A DNA stretch of 64,000 bases from Phyllobates terribilis (GCF_046119375.1 NW_027362765.1:352532001-352596000); one strand, 5' to 3'; shown: positions 35,840 to 47,623, numbered from the stretch's first letter. Made by a program: numbers and translations. The notes: generated from the letters alone by a model not told the origin.

Positions 35840-38800
35840 ATGATGGCGGCACCCACCCCGTTGACGCTGGCAACTATTAATGTTTGCAGCATAAAGTCAG
35901 ATGCGGCAAGGTACACGGCCTTTCATTTTCTCGGCCAACTTGACGCCGACATTTTGTTTTTGCAGGAGACCAGGTTGACCGATATATCAACCTTGCATAA
36001 AGCAAGGCGGGAGTGGAGGCATGGGCCCTCCTACTGGTCTCTTGCGGCCGAGCCGTATAGCGGGGTGGCGGTCCTTTTTAAGACCGCAGCGGTTGAATGC
36101 AGACGAGTGATCGAATTAGAAATGGGGAGATGCTTGATCCTAGATGTCTCCATGGGGGGACAAGAGCTTCGGCTCATTAACATCTATGGTTCCCAGTCCA
36201 AGTGGGACCGCAAATGTCTCTTCCTGAAGATCAAACCTTTTTTATTTTCGAGTCGGCAGGTGGTCTTCGGAGGGGATTTCAACAATGTCACGAGATCCTG
36301 TGATAGAGGAGGTTCCGGAGACCGGCTGGCTTATGACTGCGTCGCGTTAAACAGGATAGTGAGTGAGGCTCGCCTGGTGGATGTCCACATCCGGCACAAC
36401 CCGGGAGACACGGGATTCACCTTTTTTAGAGGTAGTCAGTGCAGGTCTAGGCTAGACAGGTTTTATTTGAAGGAGGAGGCCGTCTCTTCACCGTTGTCGG
36501 TTGTGGAGGTGGAGTTCTCCGATCACTGTTTGATTATGTTTTCTCTGAACGTTACAGAGACTCCTCGGATGGGAAGAGGCTATTGGAAGCTGAATTCGTC
36601 ACTCCTTGAGGAAGAAGCTGTGAGACGGTCTTTTGAGGAATTCTTTCAGAGCCAGGTACCATTGCTGGGCCTAAGTAACACTAAGTCAGAGTGGTGGGAG
36701 ATGTTCAAACATCGGGTGGCGAAATTCTTCCGGCAGCTCTCGAACCTCAGAAGCCTGAACAGGGATCGCCTGTATCAGAGCCTGAGGAGGAAACTCGAGC
36801 ATCTTGTCTCGACTGGAGGTAGCCGCGAGGAGATCTCCAGAGTGAAGTCCTTGCTGAAGAGGTGTCAGTACGATAGGCACGCATCTTTGGTTTTCGAGAG
36901 GGACTACGGGAAGTACTGCTCGCCCGACCCTTACAGAAACTGTAAGATGTCAGTGAATAGTAAGATAGTGACGGGGCTGGTGGACAGTACGGGGTCCCTG
37001 AGAAGGTCCAGATCAGGGATCTTGGAGGTCGTCAGTTCCTACTACTCGCACCTCTTGGGAAGGAGGGAGCTTGATCGTGACGGGATGTCGGCTTTCCTGG
37101 CTGAATCCGTTCCTGAGCCAGGGGCTGACCTCTCGCTGGGCGATTTGGCAGAAGTGATCAAAGAAGAGGAAGTGAGACTGGCGATCGATGGGCTTAGGCC
37201 CAAAAAGTCGCCAGGTCCGGATGGCTTAACATCCGAGTTCTTTAGGACCTTTAGGGACTCTTTGGTCCCCCTCTTGACTCAGGTGTTTAACGAGTGTCTC
37301 TCCTCGGGCACTCTGCCGAGATCATTAAGGAGGTCAGCTTTGATCATTTTGTCAAAGGGTAAGGATCCGTCACGCATTGAGAACTGGCGTCCCATAGCAC
37401 TTCTCAATGTGGACAGGAAGATTTTGGCTAAGATACTTTTCAACAGGCTGGTGAAGTTTGCACCCCGGCTCCTTTCGGAGGTTCAGCACTGTTGCGTTCC
37501 TGGCCGTAGCACTTTTAGTGCTGTTCTAGGTGTCCGAGAGGCCGTGGAGCAAGGCAGGGCGGGCCTCTGGAAGGGGTTCTTGCTGACCCTGGATCAGGCA
37601 AAAGCCTTTGATCGTGTTAACCACGAGTACCTCTGGTCCACTCTTTCGAGGTATGGTCTGCCTGGAGGGTTTGTGGACTGGGTTAAGACCTTGTATGCAG
37701 GGGCTGAGACTTTCCCTCTGGTGAATGGGTGGATTGGACGACCTTTCGGGGTAGGATCCGGTGTCCGTCAGGGCTGTCCTCTTAGCCCTTTGCTTTACGC
37801 GTTTGCGATCGATCCCTTCCTCAGAAGGATCGATTGTGGACCGTTGGCGGGAGTGCGGATGGGCGGGGCGGCGCCGGAGGCTATCCTGAGGGTGGTGGCC
37901 TACGCGGACGATGTCACCGTCTTTGTTTCTTCGCAAGAGGAGGCAGTGGTGGTGATGTCAGAAGTAGAACGCTACTCGGAGGCATCCGGGTCCAAGGTCA
38001 ACCAGGATAAGTGTGAGAGTCTCTGGCTGGGAGGCGGAGATCCCGGGTTTGATCTTCCGGACACCCTCCCCGAACCCCAAGAACATGCCAAAGTCCTGGG
38101 CATCGAATTCGGCCAGGGTGATTACCCCACGAAAAACTGGGAAGGCAGAATCAAAGGTGTCACCCAAAGAGTGGACCAATGGAGGGGTTGGTCTTTGACC
38201 CTGAGGGAAAGGGTTGGCCTGTGCAAAGCTTTCCTGCTCCCCTTGCTAATCTACCTGGGCAGCGTCTGTGTCTTGCCAGAGCCTCTCTGGACACGGGTCT
38301 ACAGTCTGTTCTTCCAGATGTTATGGGGGAACAGACTGAACCTAGTCAAGCGGGAGGTCACTTACCGCATGAGGAGACTAGGAGGTTTGAATATGGTGAA
38401 CCCCGTGGTGTTCCTAGTGAACACCTTCTTGAAAGTGAACGTTGCAAACCTCTGGAAAGAGAGGGCTCCTCCGTGGGTATTCTCCTGCAAGGGATGGTTT
38501 CAGCCTTTCTTCCAGGAATGGGAGACAGGGGGAAGATTGAAGGATCTTCGCACACCACACGGGCATCTCCCGGCTTATGTTACCCCGGTTCTGAAAATGA
38601 TCCTCCGGTGGGGTCTGGGAATGTGGGAGGTGAGGTCCCTCCCGAGGAAACTCCTCGATATGAGGGTCTTGCTTTCTCATTTTCAGAGTCCATTGGCCCT
38701 CAAAGACTGCCCAAGTCGGGTTCTGGAGGTTGGGTTGAGTTTGTTAAATTCTAGCAGGATCCCCGAGAAGTACTGGGACTTGACTTGGCGCTGCTTCCAT

Positions 38801-39244
38801 GGTAAGCTGTATGTGAGGGACAATTTGAAGTTCAGGAGCTCCGAGGACAGGAATTGCCCCCGTGAGGCTTGTGCTAACGTGCTGGAAAGCATGGAGCACT
38901 TCCTGCTTCATTGTCCCTTTAATACAGAGGTGTACAACAGGGTGGGGGCTTCCATTGGTTGGCCGCGGCTGGCTACTCTGTCCTACGCCGGGTGGGCCTA
39001 TGGAGCGTTCGGAGACCTTGGGAGAAGGGACCGAGACACTTTATTCATAGTCAGCGCAGTGGTCAGGTATTTCACATGGAACGCACGAGTTTTAGTCTCG
39101 ACGCAGAGTAAAATCCTCCATGTAGATGAAGTCTGTAGGAACATCCTAGGTGACCTGGTGAAGGTACGTTCTCTGGAGTATGAAAGACTGGGTGCCCGGA
39201 GGGCGGCCCGTCTCTGGAGGGGCTTTTCCTTCAGGGTGCCTTAG
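35840..39244 (+). CDS. ORF2 of copy C, intact 1134-aa APE endonuclease / reverse transcriptase / CCHC
   Basis: All catalytic motifs present (N..K, QET, GDFN, DRF, SDH; QG.PLSP; YADD; C..C...H....C). Confidence 0.95.
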   Translation: MMAAPTPLTLATINVCSIKSDAARYTAFHFLGQLDADILFLQETRLTDISTLHKARREWRHGPSYWSLAAEPYSGVAVLFKTAAVECRRVIELEMGRCLILDVSMGGQELRLINIYGSQSKWDRKCLFLKIKPFLFSSRQVVFGGDFNNVTRSCDRGGSGDRLAYDCVALNRIVSEARLVDVHIRHNPGDTGFTFFRGSQCRSRLDRFYLKEEAVSSPLSVVEVEFSDHCLIMFSLNVTETPRMGRGYWKLNSSLLEEEAVRRSFEEFFQSQVPLLGLSNTKSEWWEMFKHRVAKFFRQLSNLRSLNRDRLYQSLRRKLEHLVSTGGSREEISRVKSLLKRCQYDRHASLVFERDYGKYCSPDPYRNCKMSVNSKIVTGLVDSTGSLRRSRSGILEVVSSYYSHLLGRRELDRDGMSAFLAESVPEPGADLSLGDLAEVIKEEEVRLAIDGLRPKKSPGPDGLTSEFFRTFRDSLVPLLTQVFNECLSSGTLPRSLRRSALIILSKGKDPSRIENWRPIALLNVDRKILAKILFNRLVKFAPRLLSEVQHCCVPGRSTFSAVLGVREAVEQGRAGLWKGFLLTLDQAKAFDRVNHEYLWSTLSRYGLPGGFVDWVKTLYAGAETFPLVNGWIGRPFGVGSGVRQGCPLSPLLYAFAIDPFLRRIDCGPLAGVRMGGAAPEAILRVVAYADDVTVFVSSQEEAVVVMSEVERYSEASGSKVNQDKCESLWLGGGDPGFDLPDTLPEPQEHAKVLGIEFGQGDYPTKNWEGRIKGVTQRVDQWRGWSLTLRERVGLCKAFLLPLLIYLGSVCVLPEPLWTRVYSLFFQMLWGNRLNLVKREVTYRMRRLGGLNMVNPVVFLVNTFLKVNVANLWKERAPPWVFSCKGWFQPFFQEWETGGRLKDLRTPHGHLPAYVTPVLKMILRWGLGMWEVRSLPRKLLDMRVLLSHFQSPLALKDCPSRVLEVGLSLLNSSRIPEKYWDLTWRCFHGKLYVRDNLKFRSSEDRNCPREACANVLESMEHFLLHCPFNTEVYNRVGASIGWPRLATLSYAGWAYGAFGDLGRRDRDTLFIVSAVVRYFTWNARVLVSTQSKILHVDEVCRNILGDLVKVRSLEYERLGARRAARLWRGFSFRVP

Positions 39245-40067
39245 TCCGGTAGTACTCCTATATCCTGGTGGTGGGCTGATGTCTTTTCTCCCTAGATTTT
39301 TGTTTTGTATTTCTGTCTCCTGGATAGAAGGTTTGCCGGCATTGAACTTGAGCCTTGGATGGTGAGTGTGTAGGTTGTGTTCTGTATATATTGTATATAA
39401 TGTATAATAGGGGTTTTTAGTTAGGTTGGGTGGGGGATTTGGGGGGGTTCTTCATCAGCGGTGATAAGAGGACTGATCTGGCCTGGTCCAGGCCCCGCCT
39501 GGGGAAAAACTTTGGGGCCTGATCCTAGCTCGGAGTAATCCTGAACTTTGTGGCCAGAGCTGGATCAGGGGTGGCGGGATAGTTAGTGTAGGGCTGTGTT
39601 TTATATATATATTAAAAATTACAAAATATACAAAAAAAAAAAAAAAAAAAAGGTTTAAAATTGTCCATGTCACTATTGTATATCTTGTTATTTTTGGTTT
39701 TCTGTGGTGTGAATGAGGTGCGGTAAGGGGGTGACTGTAAGGTCAGGCAGTGGGACCAGTAGGTTAGTGTTAGTGTCCGGTTGTATATACGGTATATTAG
39801 GTTTAGTGTTTTATTGTATATAATCTTGTATATAGGACGGTGTTTTATGTGTATATAGGACGGTGTGAGTGTTGTGTGGGATTGTATATAGTAGTATGAA
39901 TGAAGCTGGGCCGGGGGTTTTATAGGTTTTATAATAGTTATTTCTTGTATATATATATATATATTCCTGGGGGGATTTATTTTGTTTCTATTTTCTGTGA
40001 TTTGTCGTCTTGTTTTGTTCTTATGTTCGGTGTCCTGTAATGTATTATTGTTCTGTCATGTACTGTA

Positions 40068-40571
40068 TATATACAGGAGGAGTGGTACTGTGCAGTGTAT
40101 ATATGGAGTGGTACTGTGCAGTGTATATATGGAGTGGTACTGTGCAGTGTATATATACAGGACAGGAGGAGTGGTACTGTGCAGTGTATATATACAAGAC
40201 AAGGGAGAAGTGGTACTGTGCAGTGTATATATAGAGGAGGAGTGGTACTGTGCAGTGTATATATACAGGACAGGAGCAGTGGTACTGTGCAGTGTATATA
40301 TACAGGACAGGAGGAGTGGTACTGTGCAGTGTATATATACAGGAGGAGTGGTACTGTGCAGTGTATATATAGAGGAGGAGTGGTACTGTGCAGTGTATAT
40401 ATACAGGACAGGAGAAGTGGTACTGTGCAGTGTATATATACAGGACTGGAGGAGTAGTACTGTGCAGTGTATATATACAGGACAGGAGAAGTGGTACTGT
40501 GCAGTATATATACAGGACAGGAGGAGTGGTACTGTGCAGTGTACACACACAGGACAGGAGGAGTGGTGCTG
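40068..40571 (+). repeat. Minisatellite A spacer between tandem copies C and D
   Basis: About 15 units; begins with 26-bp short variants and ends with the TACACACAC junction unit. Confidence 0.95.
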
Positions 40572-40670
40572 AGAGTAGCACCTGCCTCCTGAGCTCAAGC
40601 ACTTCCAGGAGGAGGGTCGTCGTCTGCCTCTCTTCTCCCCAGGGAGAGGCAGGCCTACTGGGAGGCCGGC

Positions 40671-43600
40671 ATGGCTTCCCAGCCTCCTATTCCCCGGTCT
40701 ATGCCGACCTGGGAGAAGGAGCCTCAACAACCGGCCCAGGAGGGAGTGAGGAGATCGGGAAGGGTGAGGAAGAACACATCCACCTGCTCCAACCCCGAGA
40801 CTGTTCACCGCCAGCCCAGAGAGGGAGACCAGGGCACCCCAGGCCCCAGGAACAAGAGCCCAGCAAGATCCTGGGGGGAGATGAGCTCCAGCGAGTCCAC
40901 AAGTTCCTTCTCCTCCCGAGTGGTCACCACGTTGCGAGAGTACGAGGACGCCGGCAAAGCACTAACCCAGCTGAAAGAGGAGCTGAGGGAGGCCCGGGTC
41001 CTGAACACCCGGGCGTCCAACAAGGAGAGACCCGCGACCTCCCAGAGGTTTAAAGCCCTCAGAGACGAGGTGGTCAGGTTAGTGCTCCTCCGGGAGGGGA
41101 TTGAGAAAAGCGCAGGTCCCTTCCTGGAGAGGTTTAAGAACCAGCGGCGGTTCTCAGAAATGAAGGTGTTAAACACCTCAGGAGAACCGCCAGCCGGCGT
41201 CCTTAGTGAAGAGGAGGAGGAGGATGAAGAGGTGACTGGAGTCTCAGTTGCTGGAGCCAGTGAGGGGCAGAGCCAGAGCTCAAGTGGTCTCCCTGCAGGG
41301 CAGAGGACTCCGACAGCAGAGGCTGGAGTGTCGGGGGAGGAGGAGGAAGGAGGACTGCTGAGGGAGATCCGACTGCTGGAGTCACCAGTGGACCTGACGC
41401 GGTTTTCCTTCGGTGAGGACAAACCAGTGGAGGAGACCAAGAGGAGGAAGAGGAAGACCGGAGGAGCTGCACAGGAGGTGGTGAGTTACAAGTATGTACC
41501 AATGTCTGATGTTGAGCCTGCCACCTCCTGTGTAAACCCCACCAAACCTAAAGGCACGGGCTCTGCAGTGGGCTCGAGGCAGAGGCAAGGTGGGGAGAGG
41601 AGGAGGACGTCCGGCGATGCTGCCATCTGTGCGGGGAACAGTGCAGGGGGCGAGGCTGTGGAGGTACTCACAGCGCCGGACATAGGAAGTTCTGTGGAGT
41701 TTCCCACCCTGCCCTCTGCGGCTAAGCCGGTTATCACCGGGGCCGGGGGGGCAGGGAAGGATGTGAAAAACACATCTGCAAAGAACACTGGGCACACTGC
41801 TGCGACAGGGGGGCAGTGTGCCCCAGCGCCCAAAAAGGACACTAAGACCCCAAATTCTGTGGGTGCAGGGCGGGCAGAGGTGCCGAGAAAACAGTCTGGC
41901 CAGAACAAGGACCAAAATGGTGCAGTAGAGGGGCGGGGCGCTCCAGCAGACGACCTGCAGAAAGCCAGCAGCAACCAAAGGGAAACGGGTGTGGTGCTGC
42001 AGGGAAAGGAGTCTCTGGGAGTGCTCCCCTCCCCCGGCCCAGCAGGTGTGAGTGCAGAGACACCAGACACAAGGGAGGAAGGAATGGAGGTGACTGTGGA
42101 AGGTGCAGAGAACAGCAGAGGTAATGGGGTGACAAGTAAAGGGAATGGAAATAGTGGTGCAGTGAATGATGGGAGTAATGGTGGAGCAGATGGTGGGAGT
42201 AATGGTGGAGCAAATGGTGAGAGTAGTAGGAATGGTGGAAGTAGTGGTACAGTGAATGATGATGCAGCAAATGGTGGGGGTAGTGGTGCAGTGAATGATG
42301 ATGCAGCAAATGGTGGGGGTAGTGGTGGAATGAATGGTGGGAGTAGTGGTGTAGCAAATGTTGGGGGTAGTGGTGTACTGAATGGTGGGAGTAGTGATGC
42401 AGCAAATGGTGGGAGAAGTAGTGGAGTGAATGATGGGAGTAATGGTCCTGCGAATGGTGTGAGTAGTAGTGGAGTGAATGGTGGGAGCAGCACTGGTGTT
42501 GGTGGGGGGGAAGTAGGCGCTGGTCCCGCTGCCCCCCCAGCATTGGCAGGGGATTCAGCCCAAAGCTATTCAGGAGCTGTCAGTGCTGGGGGTAGTCGTG
42601 CGCCCTCGTCTGGTGGCCCTGGGGATGGTGACTTGCAACAGCAGCTCCTGGACGCCCTGAGGAGAGGGGAGGGAGGTTGATCTGTCTTTCTGGATAGAGA
42701 GACATGGTCTTTCAGCCTTCCGAGATAGAGGGGCAGAGACTGTCTGGTCTCTGCCGACAACGGGGCAGAGGAGGGTAAGCAGTGAGTAAGCAAGGATGCC
42801 TGTCCTGATAGGTCGAAGGTGGTTGAGCTCCTGCTGGGGATGGGCTTTGCGGCATATGACATCTTTGCCTTGATCCATCCCTACGGGACCTCCTACTTCG
42901 ATGTCAGCTTCGTGAGACCGGAGGGCCTTGAGCTTCTCTGGTCTCGCCATGAGCTGGCTCGGAGTCGCCCTGAATGGCATGGTCTCTTTCCCCTGGCAAT
43001 AACCCGCCAAGATTCAGTCAGGAAAGTGACCGTTTTGACTAGTAACGAGTCGCTTTCCTGTATGGACATTACCACCTGGGTGAGTAGATACGGAGAGGTC
43101 ACCAATATTCCCGAAAAGAATCTGGATGACCATGGTATCTGGTCAGGGGCCTGGACCTTCATGGTGAGATTGAAGGTTTCGGGAAACACTGTTACCCATA
43201 TCCCCTCCTCAACCTTTTTGGGGAGGGATAGGATCTTGATTTTCTACCGGGGGCAGCCTAAGGTCTGTCACAGGTGCGGTAGCCCCACACACTTCAGTGC
43301 GCAGTGTACCACCCAGAAATGCGCACTGTGTGGGGACCTCGGTCATCTTGCTGCTGCCTGTCGCAGGATTAGGTGTAACTTGTGTGGTGACCTCGGTCAC
43401 CCGTTCAGTCGCTGTCCGCGTTCCTTCGCCAATGCGGTCCTGAAATCGGCGAGTGCGGGACAGGCGAAAGCTGGAACTAATCTTGCCGGTGAAGGGACCA
43501 GTAGGGGCGGGGGAGGCAGGGAACCGGTGAGGAGCAAGCTGCCGCCATCCACCATCAGGCGGCAGCAGAAGCGCCGTGGGGACAGGGGGCAGGGAGTAAT

Positions 43601-44207
43601 GTCCCTAAACTCTGACCCAGGTACTTCACTTGCAGCTGAGGATCCTAAAGACAGTGAATTGAGCGAGGAAGTCAAGAGACTTGAAAGGGAAGAGCGAGAG
43701 GACGCCACGTCTTCCCAGGAACCCTCTTCTGGTGACAGTCTAGATGAGGGAGAGGGGGAGTGGTCACAGAAAAAGAAAAAGGGTAACAGGAAAACGGCCA
43801 GAGGTAGGAGGGGGACCAGGTCTCGAGCTGCCTCTTTGGAGTGCGACCCCTCTGACTCTCTGGCCATGATCCAAGCGCCATTGGAGGGTTCAGCCGCCCC
43901 CCCTCTGGTGGATCTCTCCAACCGGTTCGGGGCTCTCCAGGACCTCCCTCTGGAGGGGGGAAGTGGGGACCCGGGGCCGGAGGTTGCGGACAAGGTCGTT
44001 GGGGCTCAGGAGATGGCTGGGTCTTCCTCTCGGGGGGCAAATACAAAGCCCTCTGGGGGGATGACTAACCCAGGACCACCAGACGAGGGCAAGAATCTAT
44101 GTAAGGAGAGAATGGATGAATCTGTTTGTCTTAAGCGCACTAAAAACCCGTCATTATCAGAGGAAGAGGTTGGGACTGTCAGTGGTGGGAAGAAAAAGGC
44201 TATCTAA
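40671..44207 (+). pseudogene. ORF1 of copy D, broken by two small deletions and stop codons
   Basis: 23-bp deletion near 42669, a 25-to-6-bp replacement near 42774, TGA at 42678 and 42783. Confidence 0.9.
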
Positions 44208-44218
44208 TTCAATCAATC

Positions 44219-47200
44219 ATGATGGCGGCACCCACCCCGTTGACGCTGGCAACTATTAATGTTTGCAGCATAAAGTCAGATGCGGCAAGGTACACGGCCT
44301 TTCATTTTCTCGGCCAACTTGACGCCGACATTTTGTTTTTGCAGGAGACCAGGTTGACCGATATATCAACCTTGCATAAAGCAAGGCGGGAGTGGAGGCA
44401 TGGGCCCTCCTACTGGTCTCTTGCGGCCGAGCCGTATAGCGGGGTGGCGGTCCTTTTTAAGACCGCAGCGGTTGAATGCAGACGAGTGATCGAATTAGAA
44501 ATGGGGAGATGCTTGATCCTAGATGTCTCCATGGGGGGACAAGAGCTTCGGCTCATTAACATCTATGGTTCCCAGTCCAAGTGGGACCGCAAATGTCTCT
44601 TCCTGAAGATCAAACCTTTTTTATTTTCGAGTCGGCAGGTGGTCTTCGGAGGGGATTTCAACAATGTCACGAGATCCTGTGATAGAGGAGGTTCCGGAGA
44701 CCGGCTGGCTTATGACTGCGTCGCGTTAAACAGGATAGTGAGTGAGGCTCGCCTGGTGGATGTCCACATCCGGCACAACCTGGGCGACACGGGATTCACC
44801 TTTTTTAGAGGTAGTCAGTGCAGGTCTAGGCTAGATAGGTTTTATTTGAAGGAGGAGGCCGTCTCTTCGCCGTTGTCGGTTGTGGAGGTGGAGTTCTCCG
44901 ATCACTGTTTGATTTTGTTTTCCCTGAATGTTACAGAGACTCCTCGGATGGGAAGAGGCTATTGGAAGCTGAATTCATCACTCCTTGAGGAAGAAGCTGT
45001 AAGACGGTCTTTTGAGGAATTCTTTCAGAGCCAGGTACCATTGCTGGGCCTAAGTAACACTAAGTCGGAGTGGTGGGAGATGTTCAAACATCGGGTGGCG
45101 AGATTCTTCCGGCAGCTCTCGAACCTCAGAAGCCTGAACAGGGATCGCCTGTATCAGAGCCTGAGGAGGAAACTCGAGCATCTTGTCTCGACTGGAGGTA
45201 GCCGCGAGGAGATCTCCAGAGTGAAGTCCTTGCTGAAGAGGTGTCAGTACGATAGGCACGCATCTTTGGTTTTCGAGAGGGACTACGGGAAGTACTGCTC
45301 GCCCGACCCTTACAGAAACTGTAAGATGTCAGTGAATAGTAAGATAGTGACGGGGCTGGTGGACAGTACGGGGTCCCTGAGAAGGTCCAGATCAGGGATC
45401 TTGGAGGTTGTCAGTTCCTACTACTCGCACCTCTTGGGAAGGAGGGAGCTTGATCGTGACGGGATGTCGGCTTTCCTGGCTGAATCTGTTCCTGAGCCAG
45501 GGGCTGACCTCTCGCTGGGCGATTTGGCAGAAGCGATCAAAGAAGAGGAAGTGAGACTGGCGATCGATGGGCTTAGGCCCAAAAAGTCGCCAGGTCCGGA
45601 TGGCTTAACATCCGAGTTCTTTAGGACCTTTAGGGACTCTTTGGTCCCCCTCTTGACTCAGGTGTTTAACGAGTGTCTCTCCTCGGGCACTCTGCCGAGA
45701 TCATTAAGGAGGTCAGCTTTGATCATTTTGTCAAAGGGTAAGGATCCGTCACGCATTGAGAACTGGCGTCCCATAGCACTTCTCAATGTGGACAGGAAGA
45801 TTTTGGCTAAGATACTTTTCAACAGGCTGGTGAAGTTTGCACCCCGGCTCCTTTCGGAGGTTCAGCACTGTTGCGTTCCTGGCCGTAGCACTTTTAGTGC
45901 TGTTCTAGGTGTCCGAGAGGCCGTGGAGCAAGGCAGGGCGGGCCTCTGGAAGGGGTTCTTGCTGACCCTGGATCAGGCAAAAGCCTTTGATCGGGTTAAC
46001 CACGAGTACCTCTGGTCCACTCTTTTGAGGTATGGTCTGCCTGGAGGGTTTGTGGACTGGCTTAAGACCTTGTATGCAGGGGCTGAGACTTTCCCTCTGG
46101 TGAATGGGTGGATTGGACGACCTTTTGGGGTAGGATCCGGTGTCCGTCAGGGCTGTCCTCTTAGCCCTTTGCTTTACGCGTTTGCGATCGATCCCTTCCT
46201 CAGAAGGATCGATTGTAGACCGTTGGCGGGGGTGCGGATGGGCGGGGCGGCGCCGGAGACTATCCTGAGGGTGGTGGCCTACGCGGACGATGTCACCGTC
46301 TTTGTTTCTTCGCAAGAGGAGGCAGCAGCGGTGATGTCAGAAGTGGAGCGCTACTCGGAGGCATCCGGGTCCAAGGTCAGCCAGGATAAGTGTGAGAGTC
46401 TCTGGCTGGGAGGCGGAGATCCCGGGTTTGATCTTCCGGACACCCTCCCCGAACCCCAAGAACATGCCAAAGTCCTGGGCATCGAATTCGGCCAGGGTGA
46501 TTACCCCACGAAAAACTGGGAAGGCAGAATCAAAGGTGTCGCCCAAAGAGTGGACCAATGGAGGGGTTGGTCTTTGACCCTGAGGGAAAGGGTTGGCCTG
46601 TGCAAAGCTTTCCTGCTCCCCTTGCTAATCTACCTGGGCAGCGTCTGTGTCTTGCCAGAGCCTCTCTGGACACGGGTCTACAGTCTGTTCTTCCAGATGT
46701 TATGGGGGAACAGACTGAACCTAGTCAAGCGGGAGGTCACTTACCGCACGAGGAGACTAGGGGGTTTGAATATGGTGAACCCCGTGGTGTTCCTAGTGAA
46801 CACTTTCTTGAAAGTGAACGTGGCAAACCTCTGGAAAGAGAGGGCTCCTCCGTGGGTATTCTCCTGCAAGGGATGGTTTCAGCCTTTCTTCCAGGAATGG
46901 GAGACAGGGGGAAGATTGAAGGATCTTCGCACACCACACGGGCATCTCCCGGCTTATGTTACCCCGGTTCTGAAAATGATCCGCCGGTGGGGTCTGGGAA
47001 TGTGGGAGGTGAGGTCCCTCCCGAGGAAACTCCTCGATATGAGGGTCTTGCTTTCTCATTTTCAGAGTCCATTGGCCCTCAAAGACTGCCCAAGTCGGGA
47101 TCTGGAGGTTGGGTTGAGTTTGTTAAATTCTACCAGGATCCCCGAGAAGTACTGGGACTTGACTTGGCGCTGCTTCCATGGTAAGCTGTATGTGAGGGAC

Positions 47201-47623
47201 AATTTGAAGTACAGGAGCTCCGAGGACAGGAATTGCCCCCGTGAGGCTTGTGCTAACGTGCTGGAAAGCATGGAGCACTTCCTGCTTCATTGTCCCTTTA
47301 ATACAGAGGTGTACAACAGGGTGGGGGCTTCCATTGGTTGGCCGCGGCTGGCTACTCTGTCCTACGCCGGGTGGGCCTATGGAGCGTTCGGAGACCTTGG
47401 GAGAAGGGACCGAGACACTTTATTCATAGTCAGCGCAGTGGTCAGGTATTTCACGTGGAACGCACGAGTTTTAGTCTCGACGCAGAGTAAAATCCTCCAT
47501 GTAGATGAAGTCTGTAGGAACATCCTAGGTGACCTGGTGAAGGTACGTTCTCTGGAGTATGAAGGACTGGGTGCCTGGAGGGCGGCCCGTCTCTGGAGGG
47601 GCTTTTCCTTCAGGGTGCCTTAG
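44219..47623 (+). CDS. ORF2 of copy D, intact 1134-aa APE-RT-CCHC
   Basis: Full open frame with all motifs, near-identical to copy C. Confidence 0.95.
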   Translation: MMAAPTPLTLATINVCSIKSDAARYTAFHFLGQLDADILFLQETRLTDISTLHKARREWRHGPSYWSLAAEPYSGVAVLFKTAAVECRRVIELEMGRCLILDVSMGGQELRLINIYGSQSKWDRKCLFLKIKPFLFSSRQVVFGGDFNNVTRSCDRGGSGDRLAYDCVALNRIVSEARLVDVHIRHNLGDTGFTFFRGSQCRSRLDRFYLKEEAVSSPLSVVEVEFSDHCLILFSLNVTETPRMGRGYWKLNSSLLEEEAVRRSFEEFFQSQVPLLGLSNTKSEWWEMFKHRVARFFRQLSNLRSLNRDRLYQSLRRKLEHLVSTGGSREEISRVKSLLKRCQYDRHASLVFERDYGKYCSPDPYRNCKMSVNSKIVTGLVDSTGSLRRSRSGILEVVSSYYSHLLGRRELDRDGMSAFLAESVPEPGADLSLGDLAEAIKEEEVRLAIDGLRPKKSPGPDGLTSEFFRTFRDSLVPLLTQVFNECLSSGTLPRSLRRSALIILSKGKDPSRIENWRPIALLNVDRKILAKILFNRLVKFAPRLLSEVQHCCVPGRSTFSAVLGVREAVEQGRAGLWKGFLLTLDQAKAFDRVNHEYLWSTLLRYGLPGGFVDWLKTLYAGAETFPLVNGWIGRPFGVGSGVRQGCPLSPLLYAFAIDPFLRRIDCRPLAGVRMGGAAPETILRVVAYADDVTVFVSSQEEAAAVMSEVERYSEASGSKVSQDKCESLWLGGGDPGFDLPDTLPEPQEHAKVLGIEFGQGDYPTKNWEGRIKGVAQRVDQWRGWSLTLRERVGLCKAFLLPLLIYLGSVCVLPEPLWTRVYSLFFQMLWGNRLNLVKREVTYRTRRLGGLNMVNPVVFLVNTFLKVNVANLWKERAPPWVFSCKGWFQPFFQEWETGGRLKDLRTPHGHLPAYVTPVLKMIRRWGLGMWEVRSLPRKLLDMRVLLSHFQSPLALKDCPSRDLEVGLSLLNSTRIPEKYWDLTWRCFHGKLYVRDNLKYRSSEDRNCPREACANVLESMEHFLLHCPFNTEVYNRVGASIGWPRLATLSYAGWAYGAFGDLGRRDRDTLFIVSAVVRYFTWNARVLVSTQSKILHVDEVCRNILGDLVKVRSLEYEGLGAWRAARLWRGFSFRVP

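Larger units (their letters stand above)
32082..40067 (+). mobile_element. Full-length Tx1-like retrotransposon, copy C (~7.99 kb)
   Basis: Same 5' start AGAGTAGCACC and 99-nt UTR; ORF1, ORF2 and 3' UTR; 3' end of the copy A type. Confidence 0.96.
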
